In this document: positions 1 through 12,674 of the stretch, piece after piece
Layout: every line of letters begins with the position of its first letter
Position numbering within the stretch: the stretch's first letter is position 1
From: Narcine bancroftii
Taxonomy: Eukaryota
Reading direction: 5' to 3'
DNA length: 64,000 nt
NCBI RefSeq assembly: GCF_036971445.1
Contig: NC_091473.1
Location: forward strand, 216,194,001-216,258,000
Position numbers and translations under genes: made by a program
The notes under the pieces: model-generated
The model's input: only the letters and a program-made list of their open reading frames with translations
Told to the model about the DNA's origin: nothing
Database searches by the model: none

Positions 1-230
1 ACTTCCTCCTCCAGCATACGTGCACACCTTCCATCAGCACACGGGTACACCCTCCAGCAGTGCACATGTGAACTTCCTCAGCAGCAGATGTGTGTACACC
101 CTTCAGCAGCACGTGAACTTCTTTCAAGAGCATGCACGATCATCCCCCAGAAGCACACACGCGATCATCCTCCAGCAGCACTAGCGTGATCATCCCCCAG
201 CAGCACACACATGATCGTCCCCCAGCAGAC
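1..230. repeat. Degenerate tandem repeat (cacgtgaac/gatcatcc-ccagcag type units)
   Basis: Recurring ccagcagcac...catcc units of about 25-30 nt. Confidence 0.55.
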
Positions 231-899
231 TTCAGATTTATTGTCAGAGTACATACGTACATGACATCACATCCAACCTTGAGATTCATTTTCCTGTGGG
301 TGAGGCAGAATAACCACTTGTTGGCAAAGTGTCCTCTATTTTTTAGCTGTTAGTGTGCACCAAAATCCAACATTGTGCACATTTTCTTCCTGACAAAGGT
401 ATGTGCGCACTGAATGCGTGTGAACTTGAAATTGTTTTAAGATAATTTTGGCACAGCCCATTTCTCATGGCTAATAAAACCAGTAATGTCATGTTTTAAT
501 ATAACACAAGCCTGAATGCATTCTACCAAATTACATATTTAGTTTAGATTTTATTCTATAATTTGAACTGCTTTATTCAGTTTGTTCTTCCATTAATTAA
601 AACATCAATGGGTAAATCTTATTTTTAAGGGTTGCAATGTCTAAATAAATTAGTTACAGTAATACCATCAGTTCACAGATTATTATTGTTAAAGTTGCGG
701 GAAATGGTTAAATCAAAACTCATTCAATTGCAAAGCTAGTGGACAAACTATCCAGATGCTTAATGTGAAAATCTTCACACATAGCCTGGTTTATGTAGGT
801 TTACGAAATATTTGTTCAAGTGAATCAGTGCGGACTCGAAGGGCCGATATGGCCTGTTTCCGCGCTGTAAACTGTAAACTGTTATATGGCATAAAATTG

Positions 900-3330
900 C
901 ACAGAATAAACGGCATATTTAAGTCACTCAGTTATTTTTTTTCTCTCTCCGGTACTTACCTATTCTTTTTAAACTCTATCAAGACTAATAGAACGCCCGT
1001 CCAACTGATAGCTTTTGATTCTCATTAGCATATCCAAATGGCATTCACCCAAATGGTTTCTCAGTTGATTCCTTAAGCTAACACCTCACTCACTGCCCGC
1101 ACTAGGCACGGGAAAGGTTCCCCCCAACGTCCATCAACTTTGACAACGGCTCTGTATACGCTAATCTTTGTGAGGTTTTTCAGTTGGTTGTTTTTCCAGA
1201 CTCTTTTGTGTAGTCTTCCAAAGGCGCTATTTGCCTTGGCGAGTCTGTTGTCTATTTCATTGTCGATCCTTGCATCTGATGAAATGGTGCAGCCGAGATA
1301 GGTAAACTGGTTGACCGTTTTGAGTTTTGTGTGCCCGATGGAGATGTGGGGGGGCTGGTAGTCATGGTGGGGAGCTGGCTGATGGAGGACCTCAGTTTTC
1401 TTCAGGCTGACTTCCAGGCCAAACATTTTAGCAGTTTCCGCAAAACAGGACGTCAAGCGCTGAAAAGCTGGCTCTGAATGGGCAACCCACACTCCTGTTC
1501 GGCTCCGAATCATGGGTCCTTTACCGGCATCACCTACGGCTCCTAGAATGCTTCCACCAGCGTTGTCTCCGCTCCATCCTCAACATTCATTGGAGCGACT
1601 TCATCTCCAACATCGAAGTACTCGAGCTGGCAGAGGTCGACAGCATCGAATCCATGCTGTTGAAGATCCAACTGTGCTGGGTAGGTTACGTCTCCAGAAT
1701 GGAGGACCATCGCCTTCCCAAGATCGTGTTATATGGCAAGCTCTCCACTGGCCACCGAGACAGAGGTGCACCAAAGAAGAGATACAAGGACTGCCTAAAG
1801 AAAGCTCTTGGTGCCTGCCACATTGACCACCGCCAGTGGGCTGATCTCGCCTCAAACCGTGCATCTTGGCGCCTCACAGTTCGGCGGGCAGCAACCTCCT
1901 TTGAAGAAGACCGCAGAGCCCACCTCACTGTCAAAAGAGAAAGGAGGAAAAACCCAACACCCAACCCCAACCCACCAATTTTCCCTTGCAACCGCTGCAA
2001 CCGTGTCTGCCTGTCCCGCATCGAACTTGTCAGCCACAAACGAGCCTGCAGCTGATGTGGACATTGCCCCTCCATAAATCTTCGTCCGCGAAGCCAAGCC
2101 AAAGAAAGAGAAGAAAGATCAACTTTGCAAGATCCCAAAACTCTTCTTGTTGAAGTGCAGAGTTTGGATTTAATTTTGTTCTTGCACAAAAAAATTTGAA
2201 ACCATTAAACTGTTCAACCACTGCAGTATTTTCATCTCGAAAATCTTGATATTTTAGACACAAGGCGTTGACTTTGTTTGTCGCCAAATATCAAGTCACA
2301 ATCTGTAATTGCAGAGAAATTAAAGGCTGACCAATTCTTGTGCCTTGTCTGCAGGAAACGTTTCTTCGCATCGAGCACTAAGGCGATTTATAAAAGTTGG
2401 CAGCAAACTTGTTTCTACTGTGACATTTTCGGCTGACAAGACGTTAACGCTGCCCCTCCACGAAACACTGTCCCCCAGATACTGCTCGCTTATCTCATTA
2501 ATTTTGCCTCGTGCAAAATGAAGTGAATCTGTTGGTGTCGGGCTGGCCTTTTGCAGAGTCTTGCATCATTTTAAACTGTAAAGCTGCTGTCCATGCAATG
2601 TTTATCACTTTCTTGTGACAGGGTGCAGCCACAGCGTCATTTCACTTATGTGAAAGTATGTGATGAGAGCCTCATCATTTAAAAAAAATTATTGCCTTCA
2701 ATGCAAAGTGTCTAGAAAACCACCTGAATTCACTGTGTGGGTCTGATAGCAAGAGCTTCACTTTCAGAGGAAATTTCTTTAAATTTGTATCTTTTAACTG
2801 TAGATCGAGAAAACACTGTGCAGATCATTCTCATCAAAGTTCCAATGTCTCTCATCAACTTTGCTTTTTTCCATGTATCACAAATGCCCGGATCTTCATG
2901 GGCAGTCTTGGAGCAACACCATTAACTCTGCCCAACGTTACTGACGCAACATCAGATAAAAACATCTCCATTTTAGGGGATCAAGTTTTTTTATCTTCAT
3001 AAAACTGCTTCATTTCTGAAGTAATAGCAGTAAACACTCATTCTGCCAAAAGATCTTTTACACACAAGACAATCTTTAGATCTTAACTTGAAGTACAGAA
3101 TTAGACATTTGTTCACAGAGATGTCTGTGGTTTCATCAAATGTTAATGTATGAAAATCTGCTGATTCTTCTTCTTCCAACATGTCTTTCTGAACAATATA
3201 GTTGATCATCTCCAGAAATTCGAATACGTAGCGGACACCCGACTGCAAAGTATGGAGGGAACAGCCCTCGTCCAACAAGTTGAAGCCGAAGACTGGTTTA
3301 TTGCACTGGCACCTCTGCTTATAGTCTCTC
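900..3330 (-). pseudogene. Decayed hAT-superfamily (ZNF862/Charlie-like) transposase, interrupted by an RTE insertion
   Basis: Minus-strand motif remnants in the correct order: FDETTDIS (~3140), SDVASVTLGRVNGVA (~2940), RWFSR (~2720), dimerisation-like P-S-A-x-x-E-x-G-x-S (~1090-1110); many stops. Confidence 0.7.
1141..2117. mobile_element. RTE-clade (BovB-like) LINE, 5'-truncated, with 5' inversion (1141-1486 antisense, 1487-2117 sense)
   Basis: RT C-terminal motifs FTYLG and EDHRLPKIVLYG; GAAA tail; TSD atcaactttg at 1133-1142 and 2118-2127. Confidence 0.92.
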
Positions 3331-3345
3331 CCCGCCACCGACAAC

Positions 3346-4371
3346 AGGAGTGGGGAGTACAGGGGACATAGAGACAGGGAGATTGTGGAGTAGGGGGAGC
3401 ACACGAACCAGGAGAGTGGGGAGTACGGGGAACACATAGACAGGGAGAGTGGGGAGTAGGGGGAACACACGGTCGGGGAGAGTGGGGAGTGCAGGGAACA
3501 CATGGACGGGGAGAGTGGGGAGTAGGGGGAACACATGGATGAGGAGAGTGGGGAGTGCGGGGAACACATGGACAGGGAGAGTGGGGAGTGCGGGGAACAC
3601 ATGGACGAGGAGATTGTGGAGTAGGGGGAACACACGGACCAGGAGAGTGGGGAGTACGGGGAACACATAGACAGGGAGAGTGGGGAGTAGGGGGAACACA
3701 CGGTCGGGGAGAGTGGGGAGTGCAGGGAACACATGGACGGGGAGAGTGGGGAGTAGGGGGAACACATGGATGAGGAGAGTGGGGAGTGCGGGGAACACAT
3801 GGACAGGGAGAGTGGGGAGTGCGGGGAACACATGGACGAGGAGAATGGGGAGTAGGGGGAGCACACGAACCAGGAGAGTGGGGAGTACGGGGAACACATA
3901 GACAGGGAGAGTGGGGAGTAGGGGGAACACACGGTCGGGGAGAGTGGGGAGTGCAGGGAACACATGGACGGGGAGAGTGGGGAGTAGGGGGAACACATGG
4001 ATGAGGAGAGTGGGGAGTGCGGGGAACACATGGACAGGGAGAGTGGGGAGTGCGGGGAACACATGGACGAGGAGATTGTGGAGTAGGGGGAACACACGGA
4101 CCAGGAGAGTGGGGAGTACGGGGAACACATAGACAGGGAGAGTGGGGAGTAGGGGGAACACACGGTCGGGGAGAGTGGGGAGTGCAGGGAACACATGGAC
4201 GGGGAGAGTGGGGAGTAGGGGGAACACATGGATGAGGAGAGTGGGGAGTGCGGGGAACACATGGACAGGGAGAGTGGGGAGTGCGGGGAACACATGGACG
4301 AGGAGAATGGGGAGTAGGGGGAGCAAGCGGATATGGAGAGTGGGAGAACACACACTTGGAGAGAGTGGGGA
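3346..4371 (+). repeat. G-rich 33-bp minisatellite with 231-bp (7-unit) higher-order repeat
   Basis: Unit approx. ggagagtggggagtgcggggaacacatggacgg; near-identical short ORFs recur at 3449, 3680, 3911 and 4142. Confidence 0.95.
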
Positions 4372-4850
4372 GAGGGGAGTCACGTGATGGAGTAGTGGCC
4401 GGACGGTGAACTCCAGCCCTCTCCAGAAAAGTCGGAAAAAACAAAGGAAAACACAAAGGCACAAAAATAAAAATTAAAGAAAAGTGAGTATAAAGGTGGA
4501 AAGAAGATGGCGACGAAAAAAGAAAAATCGAAATCAACGGTAAGAAGAGAGGAAGAGAAGACAACGGAAGAAGAAGGAGAAGGCCTTACCTGTTCGAAGA
4601 GGCCCGCGGTGGAGAGAGAAACCCGCTCCCTCAGGTCGGTAGAAAGTGGACTACAAAAATGGCTCGCTGAGCTGAGTAAAAGTGCGCAACCGCGCATGCA
4701 AAAAAACACACCGACGGGAGGGGTGACCAGCTGGGGAGTCGATCTCCACAGCCGGCAACGTCAGCTGCAGAACACCTGCAGCAAGAGGAGAACATAGAAG
4801 ACAACGAAAACAAGAAAGAAGAGAAGAAAAGGGCAACAAAGAAACAACAG

Positions 4851-5720
4851 ATGGCCAACCCAGAGGAAGAAGAAGAGGAAGAGTACAGTGAAATAGAAGA
4901 AGAAGGAAAAGGCAAGACAAAGGATATACTTTCTCTTATTAAAGAATACATGGAGTCATTTAAAGAATGGCAAGCGCAAGAATTTAATGATTTAAGAAGA
5001 AGAATAAACAATACAGAAGAGAAAATGAATAAAATAGATATGACTTTAACAGAAATGGGAAAGAGAATGGACAAGATAGAAGAGCGGGAAGCAGCAGTAG
5101 AAATGGAGGTAGAGGACTTAAAAAAGAAATTAGAGAAACCTAATAAAAAAGTTATAGAGACACAAGAACTGTTAGCTCAGAAAATAGATATAATGGAAAA
5201 TTATAACAGAAGAAATAACATAAAGATAGTGGGCCTTAAAGAAGATGAAGAAGGCAAGAATATGAGAGAGTTTATGAAAGATTGGATCCCCAGGATCCTA
5301 GGATGTCCAGAACTACAGCAAGAAATGGAAATAGAAAGGGCACATAGAGCATTGGCCTTTAAACCACAACCACAACAAAAGCCAAGATCTATTTTAGTAA
5401 AATTCCTAAGATATACTACAAGAGAAAAGGTACTGGAGAAGACAATGGAAAAAGTAAGAGAGGGCAACAAGCCACTGGAGTACAAAGGGCAAAAAATCTT
5501 CATTTATCCAGATATAAGTTTTGAACTCCTGAAGAAGAGAAAGGAGTTCAATACAGCAAAGGCGATTTTATGGAAGAAAGGGTATAAATTTATACTAAAG
5601 CATCCAGCGGTATTGAAAATATTTATTCCAGGACAACAAAACAGACTATTCTCGGATCCAGAGGAAGCACGAAAATTTGCAGAACAATTACAAAATAGAC
5701 TGAGGGATGAAGACGTGTAA
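4851..5720 (+). CDS. L1 ORF1p (289 aa; coiled coil + RRM + CTD), intact
   Basis: Motifs ENYNRRNNIKIVGLKE, IERAHR, PRSILVKF, IFIYPD. Confidence 0.93.
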   Translation: MANPEEEEEEEYSEIEEEGKGKTKDILSLIKEYMESFKEWQAQEFNDLRRRINNTEEKMNKIDMTLTEMGKRMDKIEEREAAVEMEVEDLKKKLEKPNKKVIETQELLAQKIDIMENYNRRNNIKIVGLKEDEEGKNMREFMKDWIPRILGCPELQQEMEIERAHRALAFKPQPQQKPRSILVKFLRYTTREKVLEKTMEKVREGNKPLEYKGQKIFIYPDISFELLKKRKEFNTAKAILWKKGYKFILKHPAVLKIFIPGQQNRLFSDPEEARKFAEQLQNRLRDEDV

Positions 5721-6400
5721 CGAGAGTACAAAAGACTGAGAATTAAAAAGACACATAAGTTTTGAACTCCTGAAGAAGAGAAAGGAGTTCAATACATCGA
5801 AAACGATCTTATGGAAAAAAAAACTATTCTCGGATCCAGAGGAAGTAAGGAAATTTGCAGAACAACTACAAAACAACCAGAGAGATGAAGATATGTAATA
5901 AGAGTAAAAATGACCACGATTTATATGTATGTGGGTAAAGAGGTATATGTGTGTATATGTATAATGTGCATACATGAATGTATCCGTATTTAGAGGAAAA
6001 TATAGATAGTATAGACAAGAATTAATAAAGGAAGGAATCGGAATAGAGGGAATAAGGAGGGAACTAAAAGAGTGACCTTTGTTACATATGAAAAGTGAAA
6101 TCTTTTTTGGGGGGGCTGGGTGGGGAGGCGTTGCGGTCTCTGCAAAATCAGCTGACGGTTGCGAGTGAATTCGCAAATCCAAATGGAGAGGGGAGATGTG
6201 GTTGTCCGACAAGGGATAAAGGACAACTCAGGAGGGGAAGGGGAGATTGGGGCTAAAGAAGTTTTAAATAGGAGAATAAGGAAAATGTTTGATGTTTTAG
6301 GAATGTTGTCTTATAAAGGGTTTAAAACAAGAAAACAGAAATGGATAAGGAGGAAAGGTAATGATGGAGAAACGGAAAGGGAAGATAAACAAAGTATAAA

Positions 6401-9400
6401 ATGGCTACGTTGAACTATATGACTTTAAATATTAATGGAATACATAACCAAATTAAAAGGAAGAAACTGCTAAATTTACTGAAAAAAGAAAAAATTGATA
6501 TAGCATTTGTGCAAGAAACACACTTAACTGAATTGGAGCACAAGAAATTAAAGAGAGATTGGGTAGGACACGTAACAGCAGCATCGTATAATTCAAAAGC
6601 AAGAGGAGTAGCTATATTAATTAGTAAAAATGTGCCATTTAAAATAGAAGAGGAAATAATAGATCCAGCAGGGAGATATGTAATGATAAAATGTCAGATA
6701 TATTCGGAGTTTTGGAATCTACTCAATGTATATTCACCTAACGAAGAAGATCAAAAGTTTATGCAAGATATCTTTTTGAAGGTAGCAGATACTCAAGGGA
6801 ACATATTAATAGGAGGGGATTTCAACCTGAATTTGGATTCAAATATGGACAAAACTGGGAAAAAAATGAACAGAAAGAACAAAGTAACCAAATTTATATT
6901 TAAATCAATGGAAGAAATGCAACTTTTGGATATATGGAGGAAACAACACCCAAAAGAAAAGGAATATTCATACTACTTGGCTAGACATAAAACATACTCA
7001 AGAATAGACCTATTTTTGTTATCAGCTAGTATGCAAGACAGAGTAAGAAAAACAGAATATAAAGCTAGAATACTATCGGACCATTCACCCTTAATATTGA
7101 CAGTAAAGTTAGAGGACATCCCTCCAAGAATGTATAGATGGAGATTAAACCCCATGTTACTTAAAAGGCAGGATTTTAGAGAATTTATTGAAAAACAAAT
7201 AAAAATGTATTTTGAAATAAATACGGAATCAGTGGAAGATAAGTTTATACTATGGGATGCAATGAAAGCATTCATTAGAGGGCAAATAATAAGTTATGTA
7301 ACCAAGATGAAGAAGGACTATAATCAGGAAACAGAGCAGTTGGAAAGGGAAATAGTAAATATAGAAAAAAAATTAGCAATGAAGAAAGATACAACTAAAA
7401 GAAGAGAATTGGCGGATAAAAAAATAAAATATGAAACACTACAAACATATAAGGTGGAGAAGAACATAATGAAGACAAAACAGAAATATTATGAACTAGG
7501 TGAAAAAACGCACAAAATCCTAGCATGGCAGCTTAAGACAGAACAAGCTAAGAAAATGGTATTGGCATCAATGAAAAAAGACAAACAAATTACATATAAT
7601 CCAAAAGAAATTAAGGAAAACTTTAGAGAATTCTATGAACAATTATACTGAACTGAAAACGAAGGGAAAGAAGGGAAAATAGATGAATTTCTGACTAAAA
7701 TTGAACTACCAAAACTACAAATAGAGGAACAAAATAAATTAACAGAGCCATTTGGAATAGTAGAAATACAAGAGATAATAAAAAAATTACCAAATAATAA
7801 GACACCAGGAGAGGATGGATTCCCAATAGAATTCTACAAAACATTTAAAGACTTATTAATTCCGCCCCTCCTGGAAGTAATCAACCAGATTGATAAAACA
7901 CAAAGCTTACCAGATTCATGTAAAACAGCAATAATTACAGTAATACTAAAGCAAGGGAAAGATCCACTCTCACCAGCGTCATATAGACCAATATCTTTAC
8001 TTAACACAGATTATAAGATAATAGCTAAACTATTAGCAAACAGATTAGCAGAGTATGTACCGAAAATGGTAAATTTAGACCAAACTGGATTTATCAAAAA
8101 AAGACGCACAACAGACAATATTTGTAAATTTATTAACTTAATTCATGCAGTAGAAGGGAATAAAGCACCTACAGTAGCAGTTGCTTTAGACGCAGAGAAG
8201 GCCTTTGACAGAGTAGAATGGAATTATTTGTTCAAAGTATTGCAAAAATTCAGTTTACCGGAGAAGTATATTAATTGGATTAAAGCATTATATAAGGGAC
8301 CGTTAGCGAAAGTGACAGTAAATGGACATGTATCAAAGCAATTTAACTTAAGCAGGTCAACACGGCAGGGATGCCCTCTATCACCTTTATTGTTTGCGTT
8401 AGCTATAGAACCACTAGCAGAATTGATAAGAACAGATAATAATATAAAAGGAATAAAAATAAAAGACAAGGAATATAAAATCAGTTTATTTGCGGATGAT
8501 GTCATAGTGTACTTAACAGAACCAGAACTATCAATAAAAGAATTATATAAGAAATTGAAGGAATATGGAGAAGTGTCGGGTTACAAGATAAACGTAAATA
8601 AAAGTGAAGCAATGCCTATGAATAATGCGGATTTCTCAAAATTTAAGAAGGAATCACCATTTGGATGGCAAATGCAAGCAATAAGATACCTAGGTGTACA
8701 AATAAACAAAAATCTCGGCCAACTATATAAACTCAATTATTATCCACTAATGAAAAAATTACAGGATGATTTAGAGCATTGGAAAGATTTACCACTAACA
8801 CTAATAGGAAGGATAAACTGTATTAAAATGAACATTTTTCCAAGGATATTATACTTATTTCAGGCATTGCCAATACAACTGACAGAGAAATTCTTCAAGG
8901 AGTTAAAGAAAATAATAAGGAAATTTTTATGGAGAGGGGGGAAACTGAGGATAGCACTAGATAAATTAACAGAATGGTATAAACAAGGAGGCTTACAACT
9001 GCCAAACTTTAAAAATTATTATAGAGCCGCACAATTAAGATACCTATCAGATTTTTATCAAACAAGGGAAAAGCCAGATTGGACGAGATTAGAATTAGAT
9101 AAAATAGGGGAATGATACCTGAACACATATTATATAAATGGGATGAAAAATTGGTACAACATAGAAGTTCTCCAGTATTACATCATCTCCTCAATATTTG
9201 GAAGAAGATTCATGTAGAAAGAAATAAAACAAATTATCAATTACCAAAACTAATATTGATGCAAAACAAGTTACTCCCTTTTACAATAGATAACCTTTCC
9301 TTTAGAGAATGGGAAAAAAAAGTGATTAAAAGAATAGAAAATTGTTTTTCAGGAAATAGATTCTTATCCTTTGAACAAATGAAAGATAAGTACAATATAA

Positions 9401-10197
9401 CTCAAGATACAGCGCTGGCATATTACCAATTGAGATCCTACTTGAAGGATAAATTAGGAAGCAGTTTGAGTTTGCCAGAGGGAAGTAACCTTGAAAATGT
9501 GATTACAGATACAATGATAATCAAAAGATTTATATCAAATATGTATATTAAACTGCAAGAAAAGGAGAATGAGGAAACAAATGGTAAAACTAAACAAAAA
9601 TGGGAACAAGATTTAAATATAAAGATAAAAAAGGAAACATGCAAGAAGTTATGATCCGGAACGATGAGAAATACAATAAATATGAGGTTACGTATGATAC
9701 AATATAACTGGATACACAGGCTATACATTACACCTCAAAAGTTAAATAAATGGGATCCAACAGTATCTGATAGATGTTTTCGATGTAAAAAAGAAATGGG
9801 AACAACAATTCATGCAATCTGGACATGTGAGAAAGTAAAAAAATTTTGGGAAGATCTAAATCAGATATTAAATAAAATAACAGAAAACAATATACCAAAG
9901 AATCCAGAGATCTTCCTCCTAAGTAACATAAAAAACAAAGAATTTGGAATTGATTTGGAGGATGCACAAAAAAGATTTGTTAAGATACCTCTAGCCGTAG
10001 CAAAAAAATGTATTATGTCAACCTGGAAATTGGAAGATAATTTGAAAATACAACAATGGTATATAGAAATGAATAAATGTATTCCATTAGAAAAAATAAC
10101 ATATAGTTTAAGAAATAATATTGAAATATTCGAACAAATATGGGAGCCTTACATTAAATACAATAGCGAAAACCTACCGGGGACAATCATTACCTAA
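6401..10197 (+). pseudogene. L1 ORF2p (endonuclease, reverse transcriptase, CCHC) with three lesions
   Basis: QETH, GGDFN, SDH, LDAEKAFD, RQGCPLSP, FADD, CFRC..H..WTC; TGA at 7649-7651, frameshift near 9110, TGA at 9652-9654. Confidence 0.94.
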
Positions 10198-10514
10198 GTT
10201 AATGGAAGGAAAAGGAAATGAAAAGAATGGACTCAGTAGAATTTCTGGTGTATTTTTATTGAATGACAACATTGTCTGACTGGTTTAATGTATCCTAGAT
10301 TGTATACCTTAAATGGACGGGGGGGGGAGGTAGGGAGGGTGGGTTGGGAGGAGGGAGGGGGGGGAGAAAATGGCACTGTATATGTGTGAAAAGGAAAAAG
10401 TGTGTACCATGGTTAATGTGATTTATGGTGTGAAAAATAAAAAATTTAAAAAAAAGAGAGAGAGTGGGGAAAGCAGAGTCATCTGGGAAGTATTTACATT
10501 TAAGAATCGTCACC

Positions 10515-10915
10515 TTTATTTATCGTTCATGCCCTGCTCGCACGGTAAAAAGAGATAGTCTTTCTCCAGGACCACGGAGCACATTTACATGCATATAAGT
10601 TAAAATAAAAGCTAAGCACATTAAAATATTATGACATATGTCCTTGGTACCCTGTCCACATATGCTCTGGGAGTTCAGGAGTCTGATGGCTTGAGGGAAA
10701 AAATACTTGCCCAAACTGGACATAAGGGCCCAAGTGCTGCAGTACCTCCTACCAGATGGCAGAAGGGAGAACAATTTATGTGAGGGGTGTGTGGACTCTT
10801 TAACAATGTTTATTGCGTTTCACCTGCTTTGAGTGTTGTTGACATCCTTTATAGTAGGAGGAGAGCCCCCAGTGATCTTTTCCACTGACTGCAGGGTCTT
10901 GCGGTCTGAAGAGGT
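10515..10915 (-). mobile_element. Rex1/Babar-type LINE 3' fragment
   Basis: C-terminal signature FSLLPSGRRY...FFPQAIRLLN. Confidence 0.75.
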
Positions 10916-11427
10916 ACAGTGTTTCCTTGAGAGGCCAAATGGCCCACTTTCATACTGTATGACAGTTTGATGTCACCCTGGGCCATCCTCAATCGAACCA
11001 GTTTCTCCAGGACCTCTCAAACAACATTATTTCCCCATCTGTGCTGTGAATTGGAGTGAAACTATGTGACTGAGGACCATGTTGGCAACAAGCCTTATTC
11101 TGAGGCTTTCTGACAGGGCTCGGCTTGAAACCCTGGGCTTGTCACTTCTGGTCTGGCTACACCTGAGGCCTTGGCACCTGGTTTTGACAACATGGCCCAA
11201 GGCTTGGGTTTGACCTCAATTGCCTGGCGGTTAATACTAGGCCACAAAGCCTGAGCCTGGAGTTGAGATTTAAGCTACAGAACAGACCCTGGAGTTTAGG
11301 GTGAGGCCACAAAGCCTGGGCCTGTTCAAGTGAAGACAAGAAATCCTAGGCTTTCGACTCTGATTCATCAACCAGCTTGAATTGAAGTCAGTGGATAATC
11401 ATGACACGCAGACTCGTCTCAATAGAA

Positions 11428-11433
11428 TTTATT
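11428..11433 (-). terminator. Putative FCER1G polyadenylation signal AATAAA
   Basis: tttatt on + strand about 425 nt downstream of the stop codon. Confidence 0.6.
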
Positions 11434-11857
11434 GCACAGAGAGAATTCACAGAGAATTGCGAGCAGAAAATAAAGGAAATAACAGGCTGCTTATCATTAA
11501 TTCAACTAGATGAGTTTTACTTCCAGCTTCAAAGATTCAAAGCATTACTGACCCCATCCATGCAAACACAGAGTCCCTTGCCTCTCCTCCTCATATTCCT
11601 CTTCCCCATCACTCAGAGCAGCCTCCTTCCATTCCCATGTTAGAGGAATGAAAGCATCTGAAGGCCCCTCCTACATGATATAGGAGGGGCTGAATAACTT
11701 CCAGGGATAGGAAGAAGGACAGCGAATCTCCACAGTCCAACGAGATATATTGGGAACTATGGCCTTCACACAGAAAAGGACTGAATGACTCTGGACTTGC
11801 GACATCCCTCCCACTACTCCCACCCGCTGCACCCACCCCTGGCTGCCAGCCCCATCA

Positions 11858-11923
11858 CTACACTTTCCCAGGAACCTGGCCTCGCAGAGACTCGTATGTA
11901 TCAATGTGGTGTTCATTCAGACC
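11858..11923 (-). CDS. FCER1G: FCER1G last coding exon: GLNEHHIDTYESLRGQVPGKV*
   Basis: Completes ITAM YTGL-x7-YESL; CAG acceptor; TAG stop. Confidence 0.93.
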   Translation of the reverse strand, partial: GLNEHHIDTYESLRGQVPGKV

Positions 11924-11934
11924 CTGTGGGGGAG

Positions 11935-12640
11935 GGAGAAAGAGAGGGGAGGTTAGAGATACATTGAAAGATGGGGGGGCGGGGGGGGGGCTAAACAGAG
12001 TGGGAGAGGGGTTAGAGATCTGAGCAGAGAGACAGGTTTGTGATAAATGAGGGGAATTAGAGAAAAATTGAGGAGAGAGAGGTTCATGATAAATCGGAGA
12101 GGAGAGAGAGGATTAGAGATAAACAGAGGGAGGGGGGTCAGAGATAAACAGAGAGGGGAGGGAGAGAGAGAGAGAGAGAAAAACAGAGGGGGGGTTAGAG
12201 ATAAATTGAAAGGACAGTGAGAGAGATAGAGAGGGGTGGTGGAGAGAGAATGAAAGGGAGAAGGGGATTTAATCAGAGAGGGGCTAGAGATAAACTGAGG
12301 AGAGAGGGGGGTTTGTGATGAACTAGAGTGATGGTTAGAGATAAATCAAGAGGGGGTTTAGATAAATAGGGAGGGAGTTAAAGATAAACAAAGGGAGGGA
12401 GAGAGAGAGAGAGATGTATATGAGATATGAGATAAAAGTGTATGAGATAAAGGGGTTTGTAATAGATTCAAAGAGAAACAGGGAAAGGGAGTCGGAGATG
12501 GAGAAGAAAGTGTGACAAATTGGACGAGAGAGATAAAGAGTGGAAAAGCTCTGAGAGAAAGAAATGGGGAGAGAAAGAAAAAATAGGAACAGAATGACTG
12601 AGGAAGTTGAAGGGAGAGAGAGTTTGGGGGTGGGGGGAGA
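11935..12640. repeat. GA-rich low-complexity repeat (agagataaa...ggggtt units) in the last FCER1G intron
   Basis: Almost purely purine on +; recurring ttagagataaa. Confidence 0.8.
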
Positions 12641-12653
12641 AGGTATGTCATAC

Positions 12654-12674
12654 CGTGTAAATTCCTTCTTCTTT
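12654..12674 (-). CDS. FCER1G: FCER1G 21-nt microexon: KEEGIYT
   Basis: Equivalent of the mammalian KSDGVYT exon; polypyrimidine tract and TAG acceptor, GTATGA donor. Confidence 0.92.

Larger units (their letters stand above)
4372..10457 (+). mobile_element. Full-length L1-clade LINE (about 6.1 kb), ORF2 disabled
   Basis: 5'UTR, ORF1, ORF2 (APE-RT-CCHC), G-tract 3'UTR, AATAAA and A tail; TSD gagagagtgggga at 4359-4371 and 10458-10470. Confidence 0.96.

Noticed and set aside
2997-4564. Long 381-452 aa ORFs with CSPYSPLSLSM repeats resembling the RNA pol II CTD
   Set aside because: All three frames are open because of the stop-free 33-bp minisatellite; the tail runs into the hAT fossil
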